DNA of 64,000 bases from Nostoc sp. DedSLP01. Its GTDB lineage: Bacteria > Cyanobacteriota > Cyanobacteriia > Cyanobacteriales > Nostocaceae. The position numbers and the translations under genes are program-made. The notes beneath the pieces were generated by a model that saw only the letters and a program-made list of their open reading frames with translations, was not told the origin of the DNA and did not search any database. This document shows, piece after piece, positions 49,081-58,514 of the stretch (positions are counted from its first letter, which is position 1; every line of letters starts with the position of its first letter). The stretch covers positions 96,001 through 160,000 of the forward strand of contig JAVRCJ020000004.1 of NCBI GenBank assembly GCA_034530875.2, in the 5' to 3' direction.

Positions 49081-50985
49081 CTAATGACTAATAACTATAT
49101 CTGTTGTAGGTAAAACTGGTAAATAGTGACGCAGTGCTTTGCGCGTCACTGCTAAATTGCAGGTTAAGGCAATTTGCTCTTTTTCTAGTAAACCTAAAAT
49201 GCGATCGGGTTTGTCTCGTGCTACCACTGGTAATTGATGCAAACCTCGAACACTCATGCGGTCTAAAGCTTCAGATAAAAGTTCATCTTGCCATGCATAG
49301 AGAATTTCAGTAGTACAAATGTCTATGAGGGTTTGATTGGATAATCGATCTGAAATTTCAGTTGGTGAATTTGAGTAACTTTGCCAAAGAGTAAGGGCGC
49401 GGTTAATATCTTCAAGAGAAAGGATACCAACTAATTGCTCTGCGCGATCGATTATTAAAGCACTACGGGTGCGATCGCGGATCATTTCCACAGCAGCTTC
49501 CAGAACACTCATAGTTGCAGGTAATTTTTTTGGGCAGGGATGCATTGCATCTTCTACCAAAATTTGTTGTAAAATTTCGGTTCGTTCATCTTTCAATTCC
49601 GAAAGACCAATTTGTTGTAGATTCGAGTTAGAGTTAAAAGTCGGTTTCATTCTTTCTACTAACCAAACGCTCAAACCGACAGCTGCCATCAACGGTAAAA
49701 CAATCCGATAGTCCCGGGTTAATTCAAACAGCATTAAAATAGCCGTCAATGGTGCCCTAACACTTGCAGCCAACATTGCCGCCATTCCCACCATTGCATA
49801 AGCTGGAGGAGCTGCCATCAGGTCGCAAATTCCCGGGAATACTATAGCTAAAATTTTGGCGTAAGCCGAACCAAAAGAAGCACCGAGAAACATCGCAGGC
49901 GCAAACAAACCGCCAACAAAACCGCTACCAGCACTAATTGCTGTCATTAGTAGCTTCACTACCAACAGCACAACTAGCAGGTACAGTGAAAACTTGACAT
50001 CCTGAAGCATTGCTTCCACAGTTTCATAACCAACCCCCAGAATTTGTGGGAACTGCAAAGCCGCCAAGCCAACAATGACACCGCCAATAATTGGATGAAT
50101 TGGTTGGGGAATTTTGCCCAAAAACTGCAAGCCTGGAACCTTCCCAGCAAAGCAGGCTTTAGCCAAACGAATTGATTGAGTGTAAGTTAGAGAAATGGCG
50201 CTCGCTCCTAAACCCAACCCCAGATAAAGAGGTAATTCTAAAGGACTGCGGACTTGGTAAGCGGGTAAATCAAAAGCGGGTTGTGCCCCCAAACCAATTT
50301 GAGCAATTAAGGCTGCTACTACCGCCGCCAGCAGCACTACGCTGACAGCAGAAGTCGCAAAAGACGTAGCCCCCATTACCACCTCTAAGGCAAAAAATAC
50401 TCCAGCGATGGGAGCATTAAATCCAGCTGCTAATCCAGCAGCAGCACCAGCGCCCAACAGTAAGCGTCGTCGTTCCTGAGATACATTAAGGATCACAGAC
50501 AACAACATACCAAAATTTGCACCAATCTCTACACTTGGCCCCTCCGGTCCCAAAGAAGCACCGCTTCCTAAAGAAACAGACGCGGCTAACATTTTGGTAA
50601 CTGGTCGTAGCGGCCGCCTAATTTCTGTTTCCTGAGAAGCGGCGATGAGAGATGAAAGCCCAGGGCCAAAGTCTTGAGTACGCCAGCGCATCAAGCCAAC
50701 GATTAATCCGCCAACGGTAGGAACGCAAGCAAGAGTCCAAGCACCCCAAGCGCCAATCTGACCCATCAAATTTTCCAGCATTAAATGATGTATTAGCTGG
50801 ATCAAATAGTGAAAGGTGACTACGCCCATACCAGTGCCACCGCCAATTAAGACGGCTAAAAATAGCACAACAGTTTCTGGGGATGGTTGAAAACGGTTTA
50901 TTAAACGAGTTAAGCCAGCAGAAGGTGTGGGAAAGACAGGTTGTTCCGTTACCTTCCTCAGTTGAGTGGGAGGCAAGAAAGTCAT
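49081..50985 (-). CDS. ClC family chloride channel/antiporter with CBS domains
   Basis: GPEGP, FNAPIAG, GGLFAP and APLTA motifs; C-terminal CBS pair. Confidence 0.94.
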   Translation of the reverse strand: MTFLPPTQLRKVTEQPVFPTPSAGLTRLINRFQPSPETVVLFLAVLIGGGTGMGVVTFHYLIQLIHHLMLENLMGQIGAWGAWTLACVPTVGGLIVGLMRWRTQDFGPGLSSLIAASQETEIRRPLRPVTKMLAASVSLGSGASLGPEGPSVEIGANFGMLLSVILNVSQERRRLLLGAGAAAGLAAGFNAPIAGVFFALEVVMGATSFATSAVSVVLLAAVVAALIAQIGLGAQPAFDLPAYQVRSPLELPLYLGLGLGASAISLTYTQSIRLAKACFAGKVPGLQFLGKIPQPIHPIIGGVIVGLAALQFPQILGVGYETVEAMLQDVKFSLYLLVVLLVVKLLMTAISAGSGFVGGLFAPAMFLGASFGSAYAKILAIVFPGICDLMAAPPAYAMVGMAAMLAASVRAPLTAILMLFELTRDYRIVLPLMAAVGLSVWLVERMKPTFNSNSNLQQIGLSELKDERTEILQQILVEDAMHPCPKKLPATMSVLEAAVEMIRDRTRSALIIDRAEQLVGILSLEDINRALTLWQSYSNSPTEISDRLSNQTLIDICTTEILYAWQDELLSEALDRMSVRGLHQLPVVARDKPDRILGLLEKEQIALTCNLAVTRKALRHYLPVLPTTDIVISH

Positions 50986-51520
50986 TGAGAGGCGAGGTAA
51001 ATGTAAGAAAAAATTTAAGTTTTTATCTGTTACTTCTCATTGTGAGCCATTATTTAGCAACCAGACAAGTAGACTTTATTTGCTTGATTTACAAACGCGT
51101 TAGCAAAAAATGTCACTATGCAAATTTTTTGTGGTGAGAACTGTTAAATGGGAGACAATTATTATTTGAGGGTCAGCAATGCTTACGCTTTTTGCTAACC
51201 TATCCTGAAGGGATACAACTGAGCGTCAAAGCTTTTGTGTCTAGAAACAACAGAGTTACAGTAAGCCACAAGCATCAATGAGAAGTCATTTTCACCTAAA
51301 TCTAGCTATACTCGTGTTGCGACCATTGAGCCATCCTTGGTAGTAATAGAATCTATGTCTGATTTATCCCTGGTGTCAAATCATACCTAAGAATCAGATA
51401 AATACGACACAAGGGAACCAGGAGATAAAAAATAACAAACCTCCTCCCCTTTTGTTTGCCTACTTGTCCTCTTCGTTGACCCCAATTCAATAAATATAGC
51501 TATTCTTATAGAGCGAGTAA

Positions 51521-51904
51521 ATGAATATACACACGTTTGATAATCATTATGTTACTTGCCCAATTTGTCAAAGAAACGCCACGCCCAAACCAATTAAAAC
51601 GCGTATAGGTTTATTTTGTTGTCCCTATTGCCAAGAGAGGCTAGTAGTTTGTAAAAGCGGCCATTACGTGCGCGATCCATTTACTTGGAGACAAATAATG
51701 GTTTCTTCGTCGCTACGTCGTCAAAGCCGACCTTTGGCTAGGATTCTTAGAGATTTTGTCCTGCTTAAGCGTCCTATGGTGGCCTTTGCAGTGGGAAGTG
51801 CCATTTTTTTTAGTGCGATCGCTATTACTCAGGAAAGGACGAACCCCGATCGCCAAGTCTCTCCTACCGAGCAAATTCAAAGTCCAGGTGAAAAATCGCC
51901 TTAA
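51521..51904 (+). CDS. Hypothetical protein with zinc ribbon and C-terminal TM helix
   Basis: CPIC...CPYC motif; hydrophobic segment near the C-terminus. Confidence 0.75.
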   Translation: MNIHTFDNHYVTCPICQRNATPKPIKTRIGLFCCPYCQERLVVCKSGHYVRDPFTWRQIMVSSSLRRQSRPLARILRDFVLLKRPMVAFAVGSAIFFSAIAITQERTNPDRQVSPTEQIQSPGEKSP

Positions 51905-51978
51905 TATGGGTTTAATTGCGGCAATTTCTCAGATTTTACTTTAATATCTCTAATTTTGCAATCGATAATCTTAATCAG

Positions 51979-52018
51979 AAAGAGCGTTCTATTTTGACCA
52001 ACAAATAGAACGCTCTTT
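51979..52018. terminator. Intrinsic terminator-like hairpin
   Basis: 16-bp stem AAAGAGCGTTCTATTT / AAATAGAACGCTCTTT followed by T residues, between convergent genes. Confidence 0.7.
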
Positions 52019-52255
52019 TTCATATAGCTGTTGACATTATACCAATTCGCAATTAAAGAACTTAGATGCAACACGGCTTTCAAGGTTTACATTTGTATCA
52101 GATTTTTCGTGAAATAGTATTAGGGATTCGGACACCCAAATTTTAAAAAATTGCTTGTTCTGATACCGTCAGGACTTAGGCAGCGAGATTATTTGTTGAA
52201 GTCGGGAATAGGGCATAGGGGATTTTTTATTGCCCAATGCCCTGTTTAGCCCAAT

Positions 52256-53875
52256 TTACAATCGATTTGTATCTTTCGTGACTAATTTCCATTCTTCAGT
52301 TTCGTCAATTAGCTTCATTGACTCTATTTGAAGATTATTGAAAGCAGATTTATGCAGCAGGAAGTAGGGTTGGACATTGTAGTGCCAATAATATTGGAGT
52401 TCGCCAACAGAAGCGGGAATAATGGTGCGATCGCTATAATAATCTAACGAGGGACGAGAGTAGGGAAAAGATGTGTAAATCTTCTTTGTAGCTGGATTAG
52501 CCCGGACGATCATCGCGGCTACTGGTTTAACTGGATAAGCTTCAGATAATTCCCAAACCCAGTAATTTGATTTCATTAACAGTAGTAGCGAAATATAACT
52601 TCCCCAGAATAAAATCTTCAGAAATTGATTGTCGCCTCGCTCTGCCAAAATAGCTGCTAAAGTCATTGTTAAAGCTACTGCTGCAAAAATCAGCTGTAGA
52701 TCTGCTTTCGGTGTTGTGCCCCAACTAAAATAAATGCTACCCGCAGAAGCAACAACAGCTAAAATTGCCAAACCTGCCACCCAAGTCCGGGGATAAGATG
52801 ATGCTAAAGGCAAATTTTCTGTTTCTGCTAACTGAATACCAAAAGCTAATGCCAAGCTGGGATAAATCGGGAATACATACCACGGGAGTTTAATAATCAT
52901 CAAGGAAATTACTAGTAGATAAACGCCACTCCACGCTAGTACTAATTTTGCCCAGCTAAGGTTGCGATTTTCCCAAGTTAAACGTGCTGTTTGCGGTAAG
53001 AATAATAACCACGGCCATGTGTACTTAAAAAGTTCAATAATATAGTACCAAGGTGGTTCAAAACTTTTCTGTGCAAGGGTGTTAATTTGGCTTACGGATT
53101 GATTTAACAACCCGACTTGAGCAAAAGTGTAACCATAGTGAATTAGTTGGGCACCGTACCAACCAAGTACAGGTAAAATGCCAATAAAGATTGCTATCCA
53201 AAAATAGTAACAGGTGAGTAATCGTGGTGTATCCCAATATAAGAATACGATCGCGATCGCACCTAACAATAACCCCACCAGTCCTTGAGTTAGGCAAATT
53301 AACCCGAAACCGATACCAACACCAAGGCAATAACGCAAATCGCGGCGCGATCGCAATACGCACAACATCATCACCATCAAAAAACTCACTACCGCCCCAT
53401 CTAACATTGCCAAGCGTCCATGACGCACCACGGGTAGCATTGTTAGATAAATTAAGGCGCTGTAAATAGCTGCATAACGCTGGCGGAATAGTTCTCGACC
53501 AATGCAATACAGTAAAGGTACTGAAGCTGAAGTAAAAATTGCTCCAGGAAGCCGCGTAGTGAATTCGTTTTCGCCTCCTAGAGAATAAGCCCAAGCAATT
53601 AGCAAATGGATTAAAGGCGGCTTGTTATAGTATGGTTCGCCTCTTAGCGTTGGGTAAAGCCAGCGCATTGAATCTGCTGGTGCTTGCCAAATTTCTCTAG
53701 CCACCTGTGCCACAGTGCCTTCATCCCAATCTCGCAGGGGCAACCCTCCAAGATTGACGCTAAACAGTAACACTGCTGCTAACAGCAACACAACAAGCCA
53801 TACCCAATCAATCCAATTGCCAACTGTGCGATGCTGTTTTTCTAGATGACCCCAAATAAAGCTTCCTTCTTGCAT
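52256..53875 (-). CDS. ArnT/PMT-like (GT-C fold) membrane glycosyltransferase
   Basis: DWDEG, KPPL, RLP and GRLAMLD motifs; many transmembrane segments. Confidence 0.88.
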   Translation of the reverse strand: MQEGSFIWGHLEKQHRTVGNWIDWVWLVVLLLAAVLLFSVNLGGLPLRDWDEGTVAQVAREIWQAPADSMRWLYPTLRGEPYYNKPPLIHLLIAWAYSLGGENEFTTRLPGAIFTSASVPLLYCIGRELFRQRYAAIYSALIYLTMLPVVRHGRLAMLDGAVVSFLMVMMLCVLRSRRDLRYCLGVGIGFGLICLTQGLVGLLLGAIAIVFLYWDTPRLLTCYYFWIAIFIGILPVLGWYGAQLIHYGYTFAQVGLLNQSVSQINTLAQKSFEPPWYYIIELFKYTWPWLLFLPQTARLTWENRNLSWAKLVLAWSGVYLLVISLMIIKLPWYVFPIYPSLALAFGIQLAETENLPLASSYPRTWVAGLAILAVVASAGSIYFSWGTTPKADLQLIFAAVALTMTLAAILAERGDNQFLKILFWGSYISLLLLMKSNYWVWELSEAYPVKPVAAMIVRANPATKKIYTSFPYSRPSLDYYSDRTIIPASVGELQYYWHYNVQPYFLLHKSAFNNLQIESMKLIDETEEWKLVTKDTNRL

Positions 53876-54345
53876 ATTCTCTGGTAATCATTTTATTTTC
53901 TGGTTTGATTACATAGAGACCAGAGCGAATCTCCAATGTTGTCACCCAGTAACAACGTCTGTTTTGAACTATTGCTAGTTTCCAAGATTAACTCAACTTT
54001 CTTGACTTAGAACTATTTGTCCGGGAAATTTATCTGAGTTATTTTATGACTTTTTTTGAGATAAATGATAAAAATAATACGTGTCAAAATTAATTCTCTC
54101 TTTGTTGATTAGTATATCAATAAATTTACTTTTTATGATATTTTATTCTAGTTTTTGTTACTACTAGTATGACAAAAATACAGATACTGTTGATTGTAAG
54201 AGTTTAAATATTACAAAATTTTAGTGAAATTGAATACAAAAATACTTAAAATCCAGCACTCAAAATTTAAAATCAATAAATACTCATACTTATCTAAGTA
54301 AGACATTCATAAAAATTCAATGTAGATGAATAAAGATAAATTTAT

Positions 54346-54377
54346 GTAGGGTGTGTTATGCCGTAGGCTAACGCACC
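54346..54377. repeat. GTAG-type REP-like palindrome
   Basis: GTAGGGTGTGTTATGCCGTAGGCTAACGCACC. Confidence 0.6.
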
Positions 54378-54557
54378 CTTTAATCGTTCAGCATCAGATA
54401 CATGGTAGCAATAAACTCTACTAATTTATAAAAACCCCGATTAATCTTGTTTAGAAAGGGAATAGGAAACAAAAAATCCAGAATAAATAAGTAGAAGTAT
54501 ACTTACTTTTTCAAAAAACATAGGAGTATTATACCTACATAGCTACTGTCTAAAATA

Positions 54558-55850
54558 TTAAAAAATAAAAATTACTTGCAAGTTGAAGTTTTGCTCTTGG
54601 CGAACAATTTCAATTTTTCTAATAAATTCGCGGAAATAAAATCGTCGCTCTGTTTCTGATAAATCCAACCAGAATTGAGGAATAGAAACAGCAACAGCAA
54701 CAGAACGTAAATTAACTGGGGGAAGAATTGCTAATTTAGCTTCGAGTGCAGAAATTTCTGTACGGAGTTTATAAGCCCTTAACTTTGCTGTTTCGGTATC
54801 TAAAATTCCAGTTTCAACTAAATCGGGTAACTGAGCGAGTATTTCTTGCTGACGAGCGATCGCTTCACTTAAACTATTTTTGACTGCATCCAACTGTGGA
54901 AAATTCATTCCCGCTACAGCTAAGGGTAAGTCACGGCAAACTATTTCAATTGTCTGTTCTAAAACCTCTTGGTAAGCAATAGCCGGACACTTGGGGCGTC
55001 GCGGACAACTAACACAACGTAAATACAAATACTCTTTGTCTTGCTTGCGTTGAGTTACGCGAGTCACCGTTAGATGCGATTGACACTCGCCACAGACAAC
55101 CAACCCAGCTAAAGAACGTGGCGCACTAGCAGTACGTGATGGTAAACGGCTGTTACGGCGTAAAAGTCGGTCAACCTGGGCAGCTTCTTCCTTGGAAATG
55201 ATGGGAGTATGCGTATCGGAGATAATTTCACCGTTTTGGTAAGCTGTATTGCCGCGATAAACTGGATTAGTCAGCCAGCGTCGCCCAGTGGTAACAGAAA
55301 TTTTTTTACCGTATTTTTTCGCCAAGTAGCGGACTGAACCCCGCAAAGAACCATAGAGTAAAAAATTCTCAAAAAAATCCTTGACTACTGGTGAGGTACT
55401 GCGGTCAATGATATATTTTCCCTTGCCTCTGCGGTAGCCGTAAGGAACTTTGCCTGGTGGCGGCGCAGCGTCGAGCCGATTGCGGGCGTGTCCTTGACGG
55501 ATGCGACGACTGCGTTGTTCGCGTTGAATTGCATGTAGCAAACTCAGCAAGTCAGCCCGAAGAGGAGAATTTTCTGAAGTGTAGGGTTGTTCAGTAGCGA
55601 TTACCATCACTCCCATTGCTTCGAGTTCATTCAGGCGATCGCTTACTTCTTCTACAGTATCCCCCAATTCTTCCAATCGACGCACTAATAGATAATCTAC
55701 ACCTTCAGTTTGGCAATCTCTGAGTAATTGTTGTAATTGCGTTCGCTTGCCTAAATCTTGATAAACTCGATCGACTTCCCATCCCCAATCATCTTTATTG
55801 AGAGAAGATTCTAGTAAAGGATCGGTGTAACAATAGGCAATAATTTTCAT
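54558..55850 (-). CDS. Large serine recombinase-family protein, apparently lacking catalytic residues
   Basis: Resolvase-like N-terminus, PYGY, L.NPVY.G, H.PIIS, LAGLVVCGEC..C zinc ribbon, coiled coil; YxRxS is replaced by YCYTD. Confidence 0.85.
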   Translation of the reverse strand: MKIIAYCYTDPLLESSLNKDDWGWEVDRVYQDLGKRTQLQQLLRDCQTEGVDYLLVRRLEELGDTVEEVSDRLNELEAMGVMVIATEQPYTSENSPLRADLLSLLHAIQREQRSRRIRQGHARNRLDAAPPPGKVPYGYRRGKGKYIIDRSTSPVVKDFFENFLLYGSLRGSVRYLAKKYGKKISVTTGRRWLTNPVYRGNTAYQNGEIISDTHTPIISKEEAAQVDRLLRRNSRLPSRTASAPRSLAGLVVCGECQSHLTVTRVTQRKQDKEYLYLRCVSCPRRPKCPAIAYQEVLEQTIEIVCRDLPLAVAGMNFPQLDAVKNSLSEAIARQQEILAQLPDLVETGILDTETAKLRAYKLRTEISALEAKLAILPPVNLRSVAVAVSIPQFWLDLSETERRFYFREFIRKIEIVRQEQNFNLQVIFIF

Positions 55851-55917
55851 TCAGCATTGGGCATTGGGTATGGGGCATTGGACAGAGGCGCAAAAAAGAA
55901 TGGAGTTTTTATATTTG

Positions 55918-56156
55918 TTGACGAGTATTAAAGGCTCATTAACGGAGTTCTGAGGTTCATTAATGAGTATCAAAGACTCATTAACGGAGTTCTGAGGTTC
56001 ATTAATGAGTATTAAAGGCTCATTAACGGAGTTCTGAGGTTCATTAATGAGTATCAAAGACTCATTAACGGAGTTCTGAGGTTCATTAATGAGTATCAAA
56101 GACTCATTAATGGAGTTCTGAGGTTCATTAACGAGTATCAAAGGCTCATTAATGAG
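55918..56156. repeat. Tandem array of about 5.5 42-bp units (two 21-bp halves)
   Basis: Unit TTAATGAGTATYAAAGRCTCA-TTAACGGAGTTCTGAGGTTCA read directly. Confidence 0.92.
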
Positions 56157-56238
56157 TCTGCTCTACACCAATTTGCTAAATTATAGCTACTTACCCTTCC
56201 CCAATACTTAATGCCCAATGCCCCATATCCAATGCCCT

Positions 56239-56598
56239 TTACTGCTGACTCAATTCAACAATATTGCCATCTGGGTCTTGAGTAAACAGGGCAGGGCGGC
56301 CTGAGGCACTGGGTTGGATGGGATAATTATGATTGAGTAGCTCTTGTTTGGCGGCATCCAAGTCAGCAACAGAGAAGGCGAAGTGGGGGTTACGTCCCCA
56401 TTTTTCGTTTTGGTTTTGGGTGGGGACAGTTGGTGCAACTATGAGGTGAATTTGATAATTGCCGACTTGATACCATGCGCCAGCATATTTCAAAGAACGA
56501 TCTATTTTGGATAGCCCCAACACTGTGCCATAAAAATGTTCAGAGCGTTCTAAATCAGTCACGAGAATTGCTGTATGAAGACTTTGGGTAATCTGCAT
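56239..56598 (-). CDS. VOC/glyoxalase family protein
   Basis: HTAILVTDL..S.HFY..VLGL, HFAF and DPDGN.VE motifs. Confidence 0.92.
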   Translation of the reverse strand: MQITQSLHTAILVTDLERSEHFYGTVLGLSKIDRSLKYAGAWYQVGNYQIHLIVAPTVPTQNQNEKWGRNPHFAFSVADLDAAKQELLNHNYPIQPSASGRPALFTQDPDGNIVELSQQ

Positions 56599-56631
56599 GT
56601 TGGTAGTGCGATCGCGTTTATTTAAATTTTG
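56582..56631. repeat. Direct repeat copy 1 (VOC gene 5' end plus HIP1 site); copy 2 at 60169-60222
   Basis: CTTTGGGTAATCTGCATGTTGGTAGTGCGATCGCGTTTATTTAAATTTTG. Confidence 0.85.
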
Positions 56632-56712
56632 GCCTAGTTTGCGACTTGCCGGAAGTAGGAAATAGGGGAGATGAGAAGGCAGGGGAAGCAGGGGAGAATA
56701 ATTAATAACTAA

Positions 56713-56803
56713 TAGACTTCTTGCATAAATCTTTTTTTATCTCACGCAAAGGCGCAAAGACGCAAAGAAAGGCGCAAGAATTAGGGCTTTTGCAAGAGGT
56801 CTA
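56713..56803. mobile_element. 91-bp MITE inserted in a TAATGAC STRR array
   Basis: TIRs TAGACTTCTTGCA / TGCAAGAGGTCTA (12/13); internal CGCAAAG repeats. Confidence 0.7.
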
Positions 56804-56936
56804 ATGACTAATGACAAACAGATATACTACTTTGCAACTATGCTGGGTATCCACCAGCTTGAAAAATCTGTTGGGCAGTTAAATTAACCTATAGAGCAAT
56901 CTTATCTTAGGAGTATATCAATATAACTATTTGACA

Positions 56937-58514
56937 TTACTCTGGTAATTTCTCTAATTCCTCCCGTGCGATCGCCCCCCAATATTCATCCTTATACTCA
57001 ACATATATCTCCAACGCTGTCTGCAAATTAACCCTCGCCTCTGGGTAATTTTCTTCTGCTTTTGCAAGCATTCCTAAAGCGTGGTAAGTGAGTGCTTGTG
57101 AATAGCGATCGCCAAATTCGATTTTAATTGCCAAAGCTTGTTGGTAATTGCGTCGTGCCTCCTCAAATTCCCGCAATGCTTGGGCAACTCTTCCCAACTC
57201 GTGATAGGTTCTAGCACAAGAATAGCGATCACCAAATTCGATTTTAATTGCCAAAGCTTGTTGGTAATTGCGCCGCGCCTCCTCAAATTCCCGCAAATAT
57301 TGGGCAACTATTCCCAACTGGTGATAAGTGCCAGCTTGCTCATAGCGATCGCCAAATTCGATGTAGATAGCCAAAGCTTGTTGGTAATTGCGCCGCGCTT
57401 CCTCAAATTCCCGCAAATCTTGGGCAACCATTCCCAACTGGTGGTAGGTGCTAGCACAAGAATAGCGATTGCCTATTTCTTGCTCAATTTCTAGACACTG
57501 TTGATAGAAATTTGTTGCCTGTGTAAATTGTCTCAAGTCTAGATAAGCATTCCCCAATTTAAATAAAGCAGCAGTTTCGCCGCGAGGGTTCTGAAGTTGC
57601 TGTGAAATACTTAAAGATTTTTGATAATAAGCGATGGCTGTATCAAATTGCCTTTGCTGAGAATAAGAATCTCCTAATGTGTTGAGGACTTCAGCATGGA
57701 AAGTGGAATCTGGAAACTCACTAGCTATTTTTTCGGCTTCTTCTAAATATTCTCTCGCTTTGATAGGTTCTCTCTTACTCAGATAAGCAACTCCTAACTG
57801 ATGCAAAATATTACTACAGTTGCGGAGGTTTTCTCCTATTGGATGATGTCCAGTAGGTTTATATTCCATTAGTAGGCGGTGTAATAAATCAATCCGTTCT
57901 TGCTTTTCTGGAGGTTCTAATCTATCTATAATTCTCTCAGTATTTTGAGCCTCATGAATCGCATTATCTTTGGTAATTTGAGGTGTATGAAACTGAAATA
58001 TCCCGGATTGCCAAGCCCAAAAATCAGGAGCGAATTTCGCTAACCGAGTCAGGGCATAATCTGGCAGAATAAACAAAATTGGATGAGGAACAGTTCTTTT
58101 ATAAGCATCTCGCACAAAGTTGAGGTCTTGTAAAACTGGCGGATAGTCTCCATAAACGCCAATAGACTTTTCTAAACCTTCGACGAGCAAGACTAATTTT
58201 TTGTTATCTTCTATCTCAATATTTGGTAATATCTTGACAATTTCATCTCTGAGGAATCGCAAATTTTCATCAGGAAATTTCAGATTCACAAACTGAATAT
58301 TCTGACATTCAGGATTTGTTTTTAGCGCGTCAATTAATATTTCTGCATCTGGGGGAAAATTAATTTCTACAAAACCAATGGTAAACTTTTCTGCAAAGTC
58401 TATAAAAGTGAGTAATTTAGCAAATACCTCTTGATTAAGCGCAATAAACGCCCCGATTTCTGAGCTAGGGTTGTGCTGCGAGTGCTGATTCGATCGCTTT
58501 TTGGAAGAATTCAT
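56937..58514 (-). CDS. TPR protein with a degenerate P-loop-like N-terminal domain
   Basis: N-terminal LVLLVEGLE..LNFVRD..APDFW region; C-terminal 40-aa TPR units encoded by near-identical 120-bp repeats (57101-57470). Confidence 0.85.
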   Translation of the reverse strand: MNSSKKRSNQHSQHNPSSEIGAFIALNQEVFAKLLTFIDFAEKFTIGFVEINFPPDAEILIDALKTNPECQNIQFVNLKFPDENLRFLRDEIVKILPNIEIEDNKKLVLLVEGLEKSIGVYGDYPPVLQDLNFVRDAYKRTVPHPILFILPDYALTRLAKFAPDFWAWQSGIFQFHTPQITKDNAIHEAQNTERIIDRLEPPEKQERIDLLHRLLMEYKPTGHHPIGENLRNCSNILHQLGVAYLSKREPIKAREYLEEAEKIASEFPDSTFHAEVLNTLGDSYSQQRQFDTAIAYYQKSLSISQQLQNPRGETAALFKLGNAYLDLRQFTQATNFYQQCLEIEQEIGNRYSCASTYHQLGMVAQDLREFEEARRNYQQALAIYIEFGDRYEQAGTYHQLGIVAQYLREFEEARRNYQQALAIKIEFGDRYSCARTYHELGRVAQALREFEEARRNYQQALAIKIEFGDRYSQALTYHALGMLAKAEENYPEARVNLQTALEIYVEYKDEYWGAIAREELEKLPE

